Part shown: piece after piece, positions 46,535-54,554 of the stretch
Numbering within the stretch: position 1 is the stretch's first letter
Layout: each line of letters starts with the position of its first letter
DNA from: a virus
Taxonomy: Duplodnaviria; Heunggongvirae; Uroviricota; Caudoviricetes
Direction: 5' to 3' (one strand)
Length of the DNA stretch: 64,000 bases
IMG/VR virus record: IMGVR_UViG_3300037418_003161
Span: 172,420-236,419 of that record
Notes under the pieces: generated by a model
Databases searched by the model: none
What the model saw: only the letters and a program-made list of their open reading frames with translations
What the model was told of the DNA's origin: nothing
Translations under genes and position numbers: made by a program

Positions 46535-47656
46535 ATGAAAGCAAGCATCGTTTTGGGACTTGGATTTGGAGACGAGGGAAAGGGTATAACAACCGACTTC
46601 CTCTGCTCCAATTCCGATAATCCCATTGTTGTAAGATTTTCAGGTGGACAACAAGCCGGACACACCGTTGTAAAAAATGGTGTCCGGCATATTCATTCCA
46701 GTTATGGAAGCGGCACTCTCCGGGGTGTTCCTTCTTATTTTAGTGAACACACCACTATGTATTTGAACAGCCTTGTTAATGAACGAGAAGTTCTTTTACA
46801 AAAAGGGATTACCCCGGAACTGTACCTACATCCGCTTACCATGGTAACAACACCTTATGATGTTGCGTATAACAGGCTGATGGAAGAGAAAATAAAGCAT
46901 GGGTCATGCGGGTTAGGTATTGCGGCCACCATGAAGCGCAACTTGGAAACCGGGTATAAATTGTATGCGGTGGATTTGAAATATCCGTCTGTTTATAAGC
47001 AAAAAATTGAAGCTATAAAAAAATACTATAGCGGTAAGGTAATGCTTCACGACCAACTGGACTATATTCGCTTGTATGATTATGCGGAAGATTATTTCTT
47101 TGAAAACCTTGAGCGAAAAGACCTTTTCCAAGTTGAGGACTATTCATGTTTGTATGGATATGACCACATCATTTTTGAAGGGTCGCAGGGAATATTATTG
47201 GATATGAATCATGGTTTTTTCCCCAATGTAACCTACGCCAACACCACAAGTAAAAATGTTTTGGAAATTTACAATAAGCTTTCAGGTCACAAAATACCAC
47301 CTCAAATCTATTATGTCACCCGGTGTTACCAAACACGGCATGGCCGGGGGTGGATGAGTAATGAACAGAACTTGGGCCTCGTCAACAATAAAAAGGAAAC
47401 CAATGTCACCAACAACTGGCAGGAGAATTTCCGGGTAGGAGAAATCGACTACGACCTGATTAATTATGCCTTGGACGTGGACAGTATTTATTCCAAGAAT
47501 CTTGTTAAAAAACTGGTGGTAACATGTCTTGACCAACGCCCCGGATTTCAGTTTGACTACACGAAACTCAAATACAGTTTCAAAAGGTATTTGGAATCCC
47601 GCTCAGATGAAACAAAATTAGTCCCTAATAAAAACCAGTATGCTGCAAGCCATTAA
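46535..47656 (+). CDS. purA: Adenylosuccinate synthetase-like protein (PurA family; short, archaeal/PurZ-sized)
   Basis: 373 aa. P-loop GLGFGDEGKGITTD and GGQQAGHTV match the PurA GDEGKGK and GNNAGHT motifs. Shorter than the ~430 aa bacterial PurA. Confidence 0.82.
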   Translation: MKASIVLGLGFGDEGKGITTDFLCSNSDNPIVVRFSGGQQAGHTVVKNGVRHIHSSYGSGTLRGVPSYFSEHTTMYLNSLVNEREVLLQKGITPELYLHPLTMVTTPYDVAYNRLMEEKIKHGSCGLGIAATMKRNLETGYKLYAVDLKYPSVYKQKIEAIKKYYSGKVMLHDQLDYIRLYDYAEDYFFENLERKDLFQVEDYSCLYGYDHIIFEGSQGILLDMNHGFFPNVTYANTTSKNVLEIYNKLSGHKIPPQIYYVTRCYQTRHGRGWMSNEQNLGLVNNKKETNVTNNWQENFRVGEIDYDLINYALDVDSIYSKNLVKKLVVTCLDQRPGFQFDYTKLKYSFKRYLESRSDETKLVPNKNQYAASH

Positions 47657-48857
47657 GAATTTGTTTGGTGGAAACAAATATAAAAACCACCCCGAAGCAA
47701 TCATTATTAGCTGCTTTTACAACCCCACCAATTCTCCCTACCGCCTCAAAGCTTTTCAGGAGTACCATAAAACCATCAAACACCTCAACCACTACATCAT
47801 TGAGTGTGTGATTGGTGAGGGTGACAATCAATTGTCGGGGATTGCCCATGAAACGGTGAAAACCGATTCCCTTCTTTGGCACAAGGAGGGGTTAATCAAT
47901 TTGGTGGTTTCAAGACTACCCAAGAAGTTTAAATACGTGTATTGGGTTGATGCCGATGTTCTATTTCAAAATAAAAACTGGATGGTTGATGGGGTTGAAG
48001 AGTTGAAAAAGGGGGCTAAAATCATCCAACCATTTGATGTGTGCATTCATTTGAATAAAGACCAAATGAAGCCGGATTTTGATGTTGAAGCAAAGAAAAA
48101 ACATTTGGATTCCCTGCCTGTCCGACACAAGCAGATGTGGAGAAGCTTTGCTTACAATAATGCTTTAAAAAGACTTGAGGGTGTTTCCACCAATTATGAC
48201 CTTCACGGGCATGTGGGGTTTGCATGGGGGGCGCAGCGTGAGGTACTGGAAGCCGTTCCCTTATACGACAAGGCTCTGATAGGTGGGGCTGACCACATCA
48301 TTGCTCATGCTGCCATGGGACAAATTCCACATAGCTGTATAACGAAATCTTTTGCCGATAATTTGGATGAGGTTGTAAAATGGTCTCAGAGGTTCTACCA
48401 AGTGGTGGAGGGCCGTATTGGGTACGTATCGGGCGATTTGTGGCACATTTGGCATGGGGAGATTCAAAAACGCCAATACTTAAAGCGTATTCAGGATTTT
48501 ACCAAGAAAACCACCGTTATCCAAAAAAGAGACGACAATGGTTTGTACGTTAACGAGGATGGTGAAACCGACGATTACATCCGAAGGTATTTCAACCATA
48601 GGGAAACCGTAACCGACCCGTATAATGTATTATACAATGAATCCAACCCCATTCACGTAGCGATTGATGCTGCCGACCCTTCTGTTTTCCATCCACAGTT
48701 GGATGATTTTGGGGGTGGCAGCGGGGGTGGTGCGGGAGCCGGGGGTTCATGGGACACACCACAAGCGGATGTAGGTAATACACCGGATAGCGGCCCAACA
48801 GATTTCATACAAGGGGGTGATATCGAAGCAGCAATAGAAAGTCAAAATTTTTCATAA
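47640..48857 (+). CDS. Glycosyltransferase-like protein
   Basis: 405 aa. YWVDADVLF (DxD-type motif); Gly-rich C-terminal tail. Overlaps the purA-like gene by 17 nt. Confidence 0.45.
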   Translation: MLQAIKNLFGGNKYKNHPEAIIISCFYNPTNSPYRLKAFQEYHKTIKHLNHYIIECVIGEGDNQLSGIAHETVKTDSLLWHKEGLINLVVSRLPKKFKYVYWVDADVLFQNKNWMVDGVEELKKGAKIIQPFDVCIHLNKDQMKPDFDVEAKKKHLDSLPVRHKQMWRSFAYNNALKRLEGVSTNYDLHGHVGFAWGAQREVLEAVPLYDKALIGGADHIIAHAAMGQIPHSCITKSFADNLDEVVKWSQRFYQVVEGRIGYVSGDLWHIWHGEIQKRQYLKRIQDFTKKTTVIQKRDDNGLYVNEDGETDDYIRRYFNHRETVTDPYNVLYNESNPIHVAIDAADPSVFHPQLDDFGGGSGGGAGAGGSWDTPQADVGNTPDSGPTDFIQGGDIEAAIESQNFS

Positions 48858-49006
48858 TGAAAACAATCATACTAATACTAACAATTGGCTTGTTTGCGGG
48901 ATGCAAGGCGAGTCATTCACCCAAAAGCGAGGTGACAACCGTTAAAGAAAAGAAAAAACACGGCAAGGTGGTTCGCAGAACGACTACCACCACCGTAAAT
49001 TACTAA
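48857..49006 (+). CDS. Small lipoprotein (49 aa)
   Basis: MKTIILILTIGLFAGCKASH... has a lipobox LFAGC; start overlaps the previous stop (TAATG). Below the ORF-track cutoff. Confidence 0.4.
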   Translation: MKTIILILTIGLFAGCKASHSPKSEVTTVKEKKKHGKVVRRTTTTTVNY

Positions 49007-49210
49007 TGTTATATCCGAGGTGGAGTGCCGTAAGACCATCGAAAACATTGCGTAATCGGAGGTGGACTAAAAAAGCCATAGGACTAAGTGACGGAGGATG
49101 TCTGCTTAACTGATTGTAAATACATTTAATCGTGTGTAAAAATGCATGACAGATAGACTTGTTTGGTCTACCTATAGGAAATTAAATACCACTATAACAT
49201 TTTAGTAGTC

Positions 49211-49233
49211 AACCCCGGAACTTCCGGGGTTTA
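49211..49233. terminator. Terminator of the CCCCGGAA family
   Basis: AACCCCGGAACTTCCGGGGTTTAATTT. Confidence 0.5.
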
Positions 49234-50133
49234 ATTTCTTAAGCCCAAAGGAAAATCATTTTCATTAATGGGTTCTGAACTACCGCAAATTCCTACTGAG
49301 TTTTCATGACCATAAACATTTGTAGACATCAGGATTTTACAACCCTGTTTGTTCCACACTTCCATTGGAGAAAACACACCGTTGATATGAACCAAATATG
49401 GTTTTTTAAGAAGAGAAACGAGGCGATTAAAGATACCCTTACCCCGCATTTTTTCATCCACTGCAATCATTAGTACCACGTCCTTGTCCCGATTGTTATC
49501 TTCACTATCGGGTAGGTCAACTGTTTTTTTAGATATACGACTCATAAGATATCTTTCCCGACTAATGGAAGTTGTCCCTTTGATGAGAAATCCCACTACT
49601 TCATCCTCACTATAAGCATAATACGCCTGAATATTATAGGTATTAATAATATAATTGAGCATGTACATGAATACCATATCATTCATGACCGATTGATTGT
49701 ATAACTTATTTAACTTGTAGGCATCCTTGAATAATTGCTCATTGCTCACCTCCTCAACCCTGACCTCACTATTGACGACTTCACTGATAAAGTCTTTTTT
49801 TTGTTTTATAGCCGCTCCAATCCTAATTCCCTGCCATGACCGGGTATCGATTCCAAAATATTCTTCCACCATCTCATTCATGGTGGGCAGAAGTTGCCGA
49901 TTTCCTTTATATATAATTTCACCATCGGGAGGCAGTTGATTTACATCTTCAAAAACAAAGAAGAGACTATAAATGTCACTCATATCAAATTCCACGGAAC
50001 TGATTTTATAGACGTATTCATTATTTAAGAAACTAATGTAAATATAATATTTTCCCAAAAAGAATTTTTTCAATTTGGGTCTAATTTTTTCAGGTATTGG
50101 GTCATAAATCATACTTATAAATATAGTTGACAA
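49231..50133 (-). CDS. Hypothetical protein, possible GNAT acetyltransferase C-terminal domain
   Basis: 300 aa. IAVDEKMRGKGIFNRLV resembles GNAT motif A (R/Q..G.G). Confidence 0.4.
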   Translation of the reverse strand: MSTIFISMIYDPIPEKIRPKLKKFFLGKYYIYISFLNNEYVYKISSVEFDMSDIYSLFFVFEDVNQLPPDGEIIYKGNRQLLPTMNEMVEEYFGIDTRSWQGIRIGAAIKQKKDFISEVVNSEVRVEEVSNEQLFKDAYKLNKLYNQSVMNDMVFMYMLNYIINTYNIQAYYAYSEDEVVGFLIKGTTSISRERYLMSRISKKTVDLPDSEDNNRDKDVVLMIAVDEKMRGKGIFNRLVSLLKKPYLVHINGVFSPMEVWNKQGCKILMSTNVYGHENSVGICGSSEPINENDFPLGLRN

Positions 50134-50160
50134 GATTGAGATGTTTGGTTATCATTCTAC

Positions 50161-50514
50161 ATGAGACATAAAATAAAATCACCCATACCCTCTGTAAGTG
50201 AATTCAAAAGAAGATTGAAATTCATTGAACGGTATTGTGAAAATCGAACCCTATCATTTAACGGCGTCGAAGTAACAATCAAAAAGGTTTATTATGATTA
50301 CCCTACCGTATGGCTGAAATATGAAGACAAAACTTACCATTCTTATCATCAGCGAAAAATAGGAGAACACCTTGGAGTATATTTTGGGGTGGATATTAAA
50401 CTGGCTGAAGAAACCTCAAGAGTTTTTGCAGTTCTTCGGGTAAAAAAACAAATTGAAGAGCATCGGAAAGAACGAAGTGGAGTTACAAAGATTTTTAAAA
50501 ATCGAAATTTTTAA
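50161..50514 (+). CDS. Hypothetical protein
   Basis: 117 aa ORF. Confidence 0.35.
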   Translation: MRHKIKSPIPSVSEFKRRLKFIERYCENRTLSFNGVEVTIKKVYYDYPTVWLKYEDKTYHSYHQRKIGEHLGVYFGVDIKLAEETSRVFAVLRVKKQIEEHRKERSGVTKIFKNRNF

Positions 50515-50988
50515 AAACAAAGAAAAGAGTATTTTTGGGACAAATCGAAATACTATGATACCTGATTTCACTCCAATTGAATTAGTTAATGGAATGGTCT
50601 ACATTCAACAAAGGGGGGTTCCTCCGGCAAGAGAAGACCGGGGCTACCGGGGAAAAATTCTCAACATGACCGCACCTGTAAAATACCTGATAAGTGTGGT
50701 CACAGGACTTGAACCGCATGAATTTAATTCGGTTGAGGCCCGGAATAAATTATCACAAATGGGTGTAGAAATCATCTCACCCAAAACAAAGAAAAAAAAT
50801 ATTTCTGAAAAAAGTTGACATTTTCAAAATCCTTTTCTATATTTGCGTATAATTATAAAACAATGAACGCAATTTGCAACATATTACCACTCTTTAAAAG
50901 CCCGAAGGTAAAACCCTTGTTTTATCTAGTGCCAAAGGTATGTGTTGTGAGTTCGTAACGATATTGACTTCTTTTTGAAGTTTAATGA

Positions 50989-51021
50989 AACCTCGGAACT
51001 CACAAGTTTCCGGGGTTTTTT
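50989..51021 (+). terminator. Imperfect member of the terminator family upstream of tRNA-Leu
   Basis: CCTCGGAA-CTCACAAGT-TTCCGGGG then T7. Confidence 0.45.
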
Positions 51022-51028
51022 GTTTTAT

Positions 51029-51110
51029 GTCGGTGTGGTGAAATTGGTAGACACACTACGCTCAAAACGTAACGGCATTGGCCATGTCAGTTCGAGTCTG
51101 ACCACCGACA
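51029..51110 (+). tRNA. tRNA-Leu (anticodon CAA), class II
   Basis: Acceptor GTCGGTG/CACCGAC, D-arm GTG/CAC, anticodon loop CTCAAAA, variable arm GGC-ATTG-GCC, T-arm GTCAG-TTCGAGT-CTGAC. Preceded by a terminator and a TTGACA-N17-TATATT element. Confidence 0.7.
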
Positions 51111-51111
51111 C

Positions 51112-51513
51112 ATGGATGACAATTTTGAAAAACTTCTGGAAGAGAAATTAAAAAAGAAAGGGCCTTTTTTAAGAATTGCTGTGGAGAGGCAATTAGCTTG
51201 GGAACTCTATTGTTCTTTATGCAATCAGGTGTGGATTGCCAAAGAATATGATGAAGCGGAGTTTAAGCAATGGCATGATGAATATTATGCTTTCAACAGC
51301 TTACTTGAACTTAAATTTCCCAAATATCTTTCCTATAGTTGGAGGGGTGCGGGAGCATTACTATCACGTTGTGTAGAAGGAACGAATGATTATATGAGTT
51401 TTTATTGTTGTAGGGACGAAGGAGGCATCGCTGAAGGAAAGATAACTGATAGAGCCAAACAATTGTGGGAAAGCATGGGATATAAATTGTTTGTAGATTT
51501 TTATAAAGATTAG
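51112..51513 (+). CDS. Hypothetical protein
   Basis: 133 aa ORF starting 1 nt after the tRNA. Confidence 0.4.
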   Translation: MDDNFEKLLEEKLKKKGPFLRIAVERQLAWELYCSLCNQVWIAKEYDEAEFKQWHDEYYAFNSLLELKFPKYLSYSWRGAGALLSRCVEGTNDYMSFYCCRDEGGIAEGKITDRAKQLWESMGYKLFVDFYKD

Positions 51514-51602
51514 AGAAGGGGTATTGTAATAATCAGGATGTCTCGTAAAAAGCGGGTCGTACAGGGCCATTGAAGTCCGAGTCAACCGCCATCCTGATAT
51601 AT

Positions 51603-51689
51603 GCGCTTGTGGTGTAACTGGAAGCCACGACAGGTTTAAGCCCTGTTCCGACATTGCATCGGGTGAAGGTTCGAGTCCTTTCAGGCGCA
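51603..51689 (+). tRNA. tRNA-Leu (anticodon TAA), class II
   Basis: Acceptor GCGCTTG/CAGGCGC, anticodon stem ACAGG/CCTGT, loop TTTAAGC, variable arm CCGA...TCGG, T-arm GAAGG-TTCGAGT-CCTTT. Confidence 0.7.
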
Positions 51690-51770
51690 CAAAAAGAGAG
51701 ATTTGGCGAGATATAAGAAGATTATATCCGGCCAAAAGTGGTAAAAAAAAAGTGAGTTTTGGCGAAATAT

Positions 51771-51852
51771 GGACACGTAGCAAAGCGGCAAAGTCGGAAG
51801 ACTGTAAATCTTCTCCCTCCGGGGTTCGTAGGTTCGAGTCCTACCGTGTCCA
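51771..51852 (+). tRNA. tRNA-Tyr (anticodon GTA), class II
   Basis: Acceptor GGACACG/CGTGTCC, anticodon stem GAAGA/TCTTC, loop CTGTAAA, variable arm CCC...GGG, T-arm GTAGG-TTCGAGT-CCTAC. Confidence 0.72.
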
Positions 51853-51863
51853 CTTATTATTAT

Positions 51864-51945
51864 GCCCTGATGGTGTAACTGGAAGCCACGTATGTCTTAG
51901 GAACATATGCCGTAAGGCGTGTCGGTTCGACCCCGACTCAGGGTA
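51864..51945 (+). tRNA. tRNA-Leu (anticodon TAG), class II
   Basis: Acceptor GCCCTGA/TCAGGGT, anticodon stem TATGT/ACATA, loop CTTAGGA, variable arm GCC-GTAA-GGC, T-arm GTCGG-TTCGACC-CCGAC. Confidence 0.72.
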
Positions 51946-51950
51946 CAAAT

Positions 51951-52038
51951 GGGGCTATGGTGTAACTGGCTAAACATCCCATCCTTACAAGATGGAGACG
52001 AGAAGTATTTAATCCCGGTTCGAGTCCGGGTGGCCCTA
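51951..52038 (+). tRNA. tRNA with Val anticodon TAC and an unusually long (18 nt) variable region
   Basis: Acceptor GGGGCTA/TGGCCCT, anticodon stem CCATC/GATGG (perfect), loop CTTACAA, T-arm CCCGG-TTCGAGT-CCGGG. 18 nt (AGACGAGAAGTATTTAAT) lie between the anticodon stem and T-stem with no clear helix. Confidence 0.5.
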
Positions 52039-52085
52039 CGATTGGTTTTTGCACGTTTTAAACTTAATGGAAAAATGTGTTTTAT

Positions 52086-52169
52086 AGGGTAGTAATCGGT
52101 AAATGGAAGCCGTCCACATTTGGGATGTGGGGTCATAGTACGCTGCAAGTTCGAGTCTTGTCTACCCTA
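52086..52169 (+). tRNA. tRNA-Pro (anticodon TGG) with extended 14-nt variable region
   Basis: Acceptor AGGGTAG/CTACCCT, anticodon stem CCACA/TGTGG, loop TTTGGGA, T-arm GCAAG-TTCGAGT-CTTGT, variable GGTCATAGTACGCT. Confidence 0.55.
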
Positions 52170-52248
52170 CGAAAGTGAACTTAAACAGTCAATCGAAGTT
52201 CTCATGGCCTACAGGGTGCGCTATAGATTGACGAACGAGGTGATGTAG

Positions 52249-52312
52249 CTCCAAAAGCGTAGAGCAGTCGGTTGAAGCCCGATGGTTGTTGGTTCGAGTC
52301 CAATCATCACCA
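52249..52312 (+). tRNA. tRNA-Phe (anticodon GAA)
   Basis: Acceptor GGTGATG/CATCACC, D-arm GCTC/GAGC, anticodon stem GTCGG/CCGAT, loop TTGAAGC, T-arm GTTGG-TTCGAGT-CCAAT. Confidence 0.72.
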
Positions 52313-52350
52313 CTAGTTGACAATATGATTTTTTTTGTGTATCATTTTAT

Positions 52351-52500
52351 ATGAAAAATTCATTATTGATTTTATTAAGTGTGATTATCGCTATCGTTTT
52401 GGTTGTGGTAGTTGTTATATTAAAAATCATGTTCCATTTTTTAGTACCGCTTATTTTAATTGGTGCTATGAGTGTGCTGATTTACTACTTAATAAAATAA
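52351..52500 (+). CDS. Small hydrophobic membrane peptide (49 aa)
   Basis: MKNSLLILLSVIIAIVLVVVVVILKIMFHFLVPLILIGAMSVLIYYLIK; below the ORF-track cutoff. Confidence 0.3.
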   Translation: MKNSLLILLSVIIAIVLVVVVVILKIMFHFLVPLILIGAMSVLIYYLIK

Positions 52501-52620
52501 ACTACTTATGAGGAAGATTAAAGAATTTCTAAATGAGCCGTTCATGGAGGTAACAATTGGCGATGGGTATGATGAAGACAATGACCATAAAATTATCTTA
52601 TTAAGAAACATTGATTTTAT

Positions 52621-52998
52621 GTGTATCGCATTAATCATTTGTTTGATAATAGAAACCTTCCAATGACGGATATTATTAAATGGGATGAGTCGTTTGAAAG
52701 ACTGAAAAGATTACATGAGTTCTTTTACCCAAACATAAAAGAAGGGTATTGTAATTTTCGTAGTAGTGGTGGGGAAAATTTAGAGGTTTATAATAGTGTC
52801 ACATTGTTTGTGCCGAATAATGTTTCGGTAAGGAAATATATACAACATGTGGCAAAAACATATTTTAATCTTCTTCCGGCTGTTTGCACTCCAAGTCAAG
52901 GAAATATTTGGTGGTTATTTAAAAACATTCGTAACCCAAACCATGAATTAGTAATTGGGAGGGTGACTCATGAAGATTTTGGTCGCAATAAATTTTAA
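52621..52998 (+). CDS. Hypothetical protein
   Basis: 125 aa ORF (start may be the internal ATG at 52665). Confidence 0.35.
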   Translation: MYRINHLFDNRNLPMTDIIKWDESFERLKRLHEFFYPNIKEGYCNFRSSGGENLEVYNSVTLFVPNNVSVRKYIQHVAKTYFNLLPAVCTPSQGNIWWLFKNIRNPNHELVIGRVTHEDFGRNKF

Positions 52999-53002
52999 AA
53001 TT

Positions 53003-53689
53003 ATGAGAAAGAAATTAGTTGTATTAACCGGGGCAGGAATAAGTGCTGAAAGCGGTCTGAAAACCTTCCGGGACTCCGATGGCCTGTGGGAACAATATAA
53101 TGTGGAAGATGTGGCAACTGCAACAGCATGGAGGAAAAACCCCGGATTGGTTTTGGAGTTTTACAATATGCGCAGGAAGGATGCGGCACAAGCCAACCCA
53201 AATGCCGCCCATATTGGTCTTGCAGAATTGGAAAAGGATTTTGATGTAACCATTCTTACAACCAATGTGGATGACCTTCATGAAAGGGCCGGGTCAACGA
53301 ACGTGGTTCATATTCATGGGGAGTTGACCAAAATGAGAAGTGAAAGGGATGATGATAGAACATATTCTTATGTAAAAGATATTCATTTGGGAGACCTTGC
53401 ACCCGATGGGGGGCAACTCAGACCCCACATTGTATGGTTTGAAGAAGCTGTTCCCATGATACCCATGGCAGAATCCATTGCACGACAGGCAGATATTTTT
53501 GTTATCATTGGAACATCCCTTCAGGTATACCCGGCAGCTAATTTGGTTAACCATGTTGGATACGATGTTCCCAAATACATCATAGATAAGAACATTCCAA
53601 TGTTGTCATGGATTGACAACTTAACAAGAATTCAGAAACCCGCAACAGAAGGTGTTGTGGAATTAAAAGAATTATTAAAGGAGGTTTAA
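53003..53689 (+). CDS. Sir2-family NAD-dependent deacylase (sirtuin), lacking the Zn-ribbon cysteines
   Basis: Start MRKKLVVLTGAGISAESGLKTFR (GAGIS motif). QANPNAAHIGLAELEK, TTNVDDLHERAGS (TQNID-type), HGEL (catalytic His). No CxxC pairs in the small-domain region. Confidence 0.85.
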   Translation: MRKKLVVLTGAGISAESGLKTFRDSDGLWEQYNVEDVATATAWRKNPGLVLEFYNMRRKDAAQANPNAAHIGLAELEKDFDVTILTTNVDDLHERAGSTNVVHIHGELTKMRSERDDDRTYSYVKDIHLGDLAPDGGQLRPHIVWFEEAVPMIPMAESIARQADIFVIIGTSLQVYPAANLVNHVGYDVPKYIIDKNIPMLSWIDNLTRIQKPATEGVVELKELLKEV

Positions 53690-53691
53690 TA

Positions 53692-53832
53692 TGACACCCG
53701 AACAAAAAGAACATATAATGGAAGACATACTTAATGAGTTTGAAAGTAAAAAACCAAAATTTGATTGGTTTTTACTTGGGCTTACTATTGCATGTATACT
53801 CGGTTTTTTATATGGTGTCTTTATTGCTTAAT
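53692..53832 (+). CDS. Small membrane peptide (46 aa)
   Basis: MTPEQKEHIMEDILNEFESKKPKFDWFLLGLTIACILGFLYGVFIA; preceded by AAAGGAGG 8 nt upstream, an SD-like sequence otherwise rare in this window. Confidence 0.3.
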
Positions 53833-53956
53833 TGTAGGGCTGAGGGTGGCACTCTCAGGGTAGATGCACAACTACCTGAACAAGTGAGTAGTTTAATCGA
53901 TTGCAAGCGATAAATGAGGGGCTTGTTCTGTGGCGGTTCGAATCCGTCCCCTACAA
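53833..53956 (+). ncRNA. 124-nt tRNA-like RNA gene with four hairpins and an 8-nt anticodon-position loop
   Basis: tRNA-like acceptor TGTAGGG/CCCTACA plus discriminator A. T-arm GGCGG-TTCGAAT-CCGTC. Hairpins CTGAG-GGTGGCACT-CTCAG (D position), GGTAG-ATGCACAA-CTACC (anticodon position, would read GCA or a 4-base GCAC), and a ~50-nt extra arm closed by GAACAAG/CTTGTTC at the variable-arm position. Confidence 0.45.
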
Positions 53957-53973
53957 CTTTTAAATCCATTCCT

Positions 53974-54321
53974 ATGAATACAAATGAAGTAAAAAAGGAT
54001 TTGTATAAATCCAAGGCTATCGCCAAGCTGAGTCATTATGATGGTGATAGTGGTGAATTGGTATATATTGTGGACATTTTTGGAATTCCACATCAATTCC
54101 CGTTAAAGGTTTTTGATGTTGAACCAGTAGTCAAACAGACCGTTATTATACAGCTTGACGAATGGACAACAAAAGAGCAAACCATTGCCATATCATCAGG
54201 TGTGAAAATGGCAGCAGACCTCAAAGGGGCAAAGTTTTCTTCTGAAATAAAAGGAAGCGACCTAAATCGGTGGATTGTTAAGGCAATCAACAACAACGAA
54301 CTTGTGAAATTGGGAATATGA
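53974..54321 (+). CDS. Hypothetical protein
   Basis: ATG 53974 (MNTNEVKKDLYK...) after the tRNA-like gene. Confidence 0.4.
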   Translation: MNTNEVKKDLYKSKAIAKLSHYDGDSGELVYIVDIFGIPHQFPLKVFDVEPVVKQTVIIQLDEWTTKEQTIAISSGVKMAADLKGAKFSSEIKGSDLNRWIVKAINNNELVKLGI

Positions 54322-54554
54322 CAGCAGCCGAATTGATTATCCTTTTGGAACAACTGCCTCCCGACACAAGAATATTCACCAGTGGATATGAAGGGGGATT
54401 CGATGATGCACTCAAACCAGTTAAAATAGAGGAGTTTGCCTTAAACTATTATACCGCATGGTATTATGGTGAACATGAATTGTTAAACGGGGAAGAGGAC
54501 AAAGCGGAGGCGATTAATAGACGATGTGAAATTGTAAAAGGAGTGGTGATATGA
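54318..54554 (+). CDS. Hypothetical protein
   Basis: 78 aa, ATGA-coupled to neighbours. Confidence 0.35.
   Translation: MTAAELIILLEQLPPDTRIFTSGYEGGFDDALKPVKIEEFALNYYTAWYYGEHELLNGEEDKAEAINRRCEIVKGVVI

Noticed and set aside
46535-47656. Calling the PurA homologue a bona fide PurZ (Z-genome marker)
   Set aside because: The GDEGKG Asp is retained and no DatZ or MazZ-like partners are present in the window. Kept as a hypothesis within a finding, not as a feature call.
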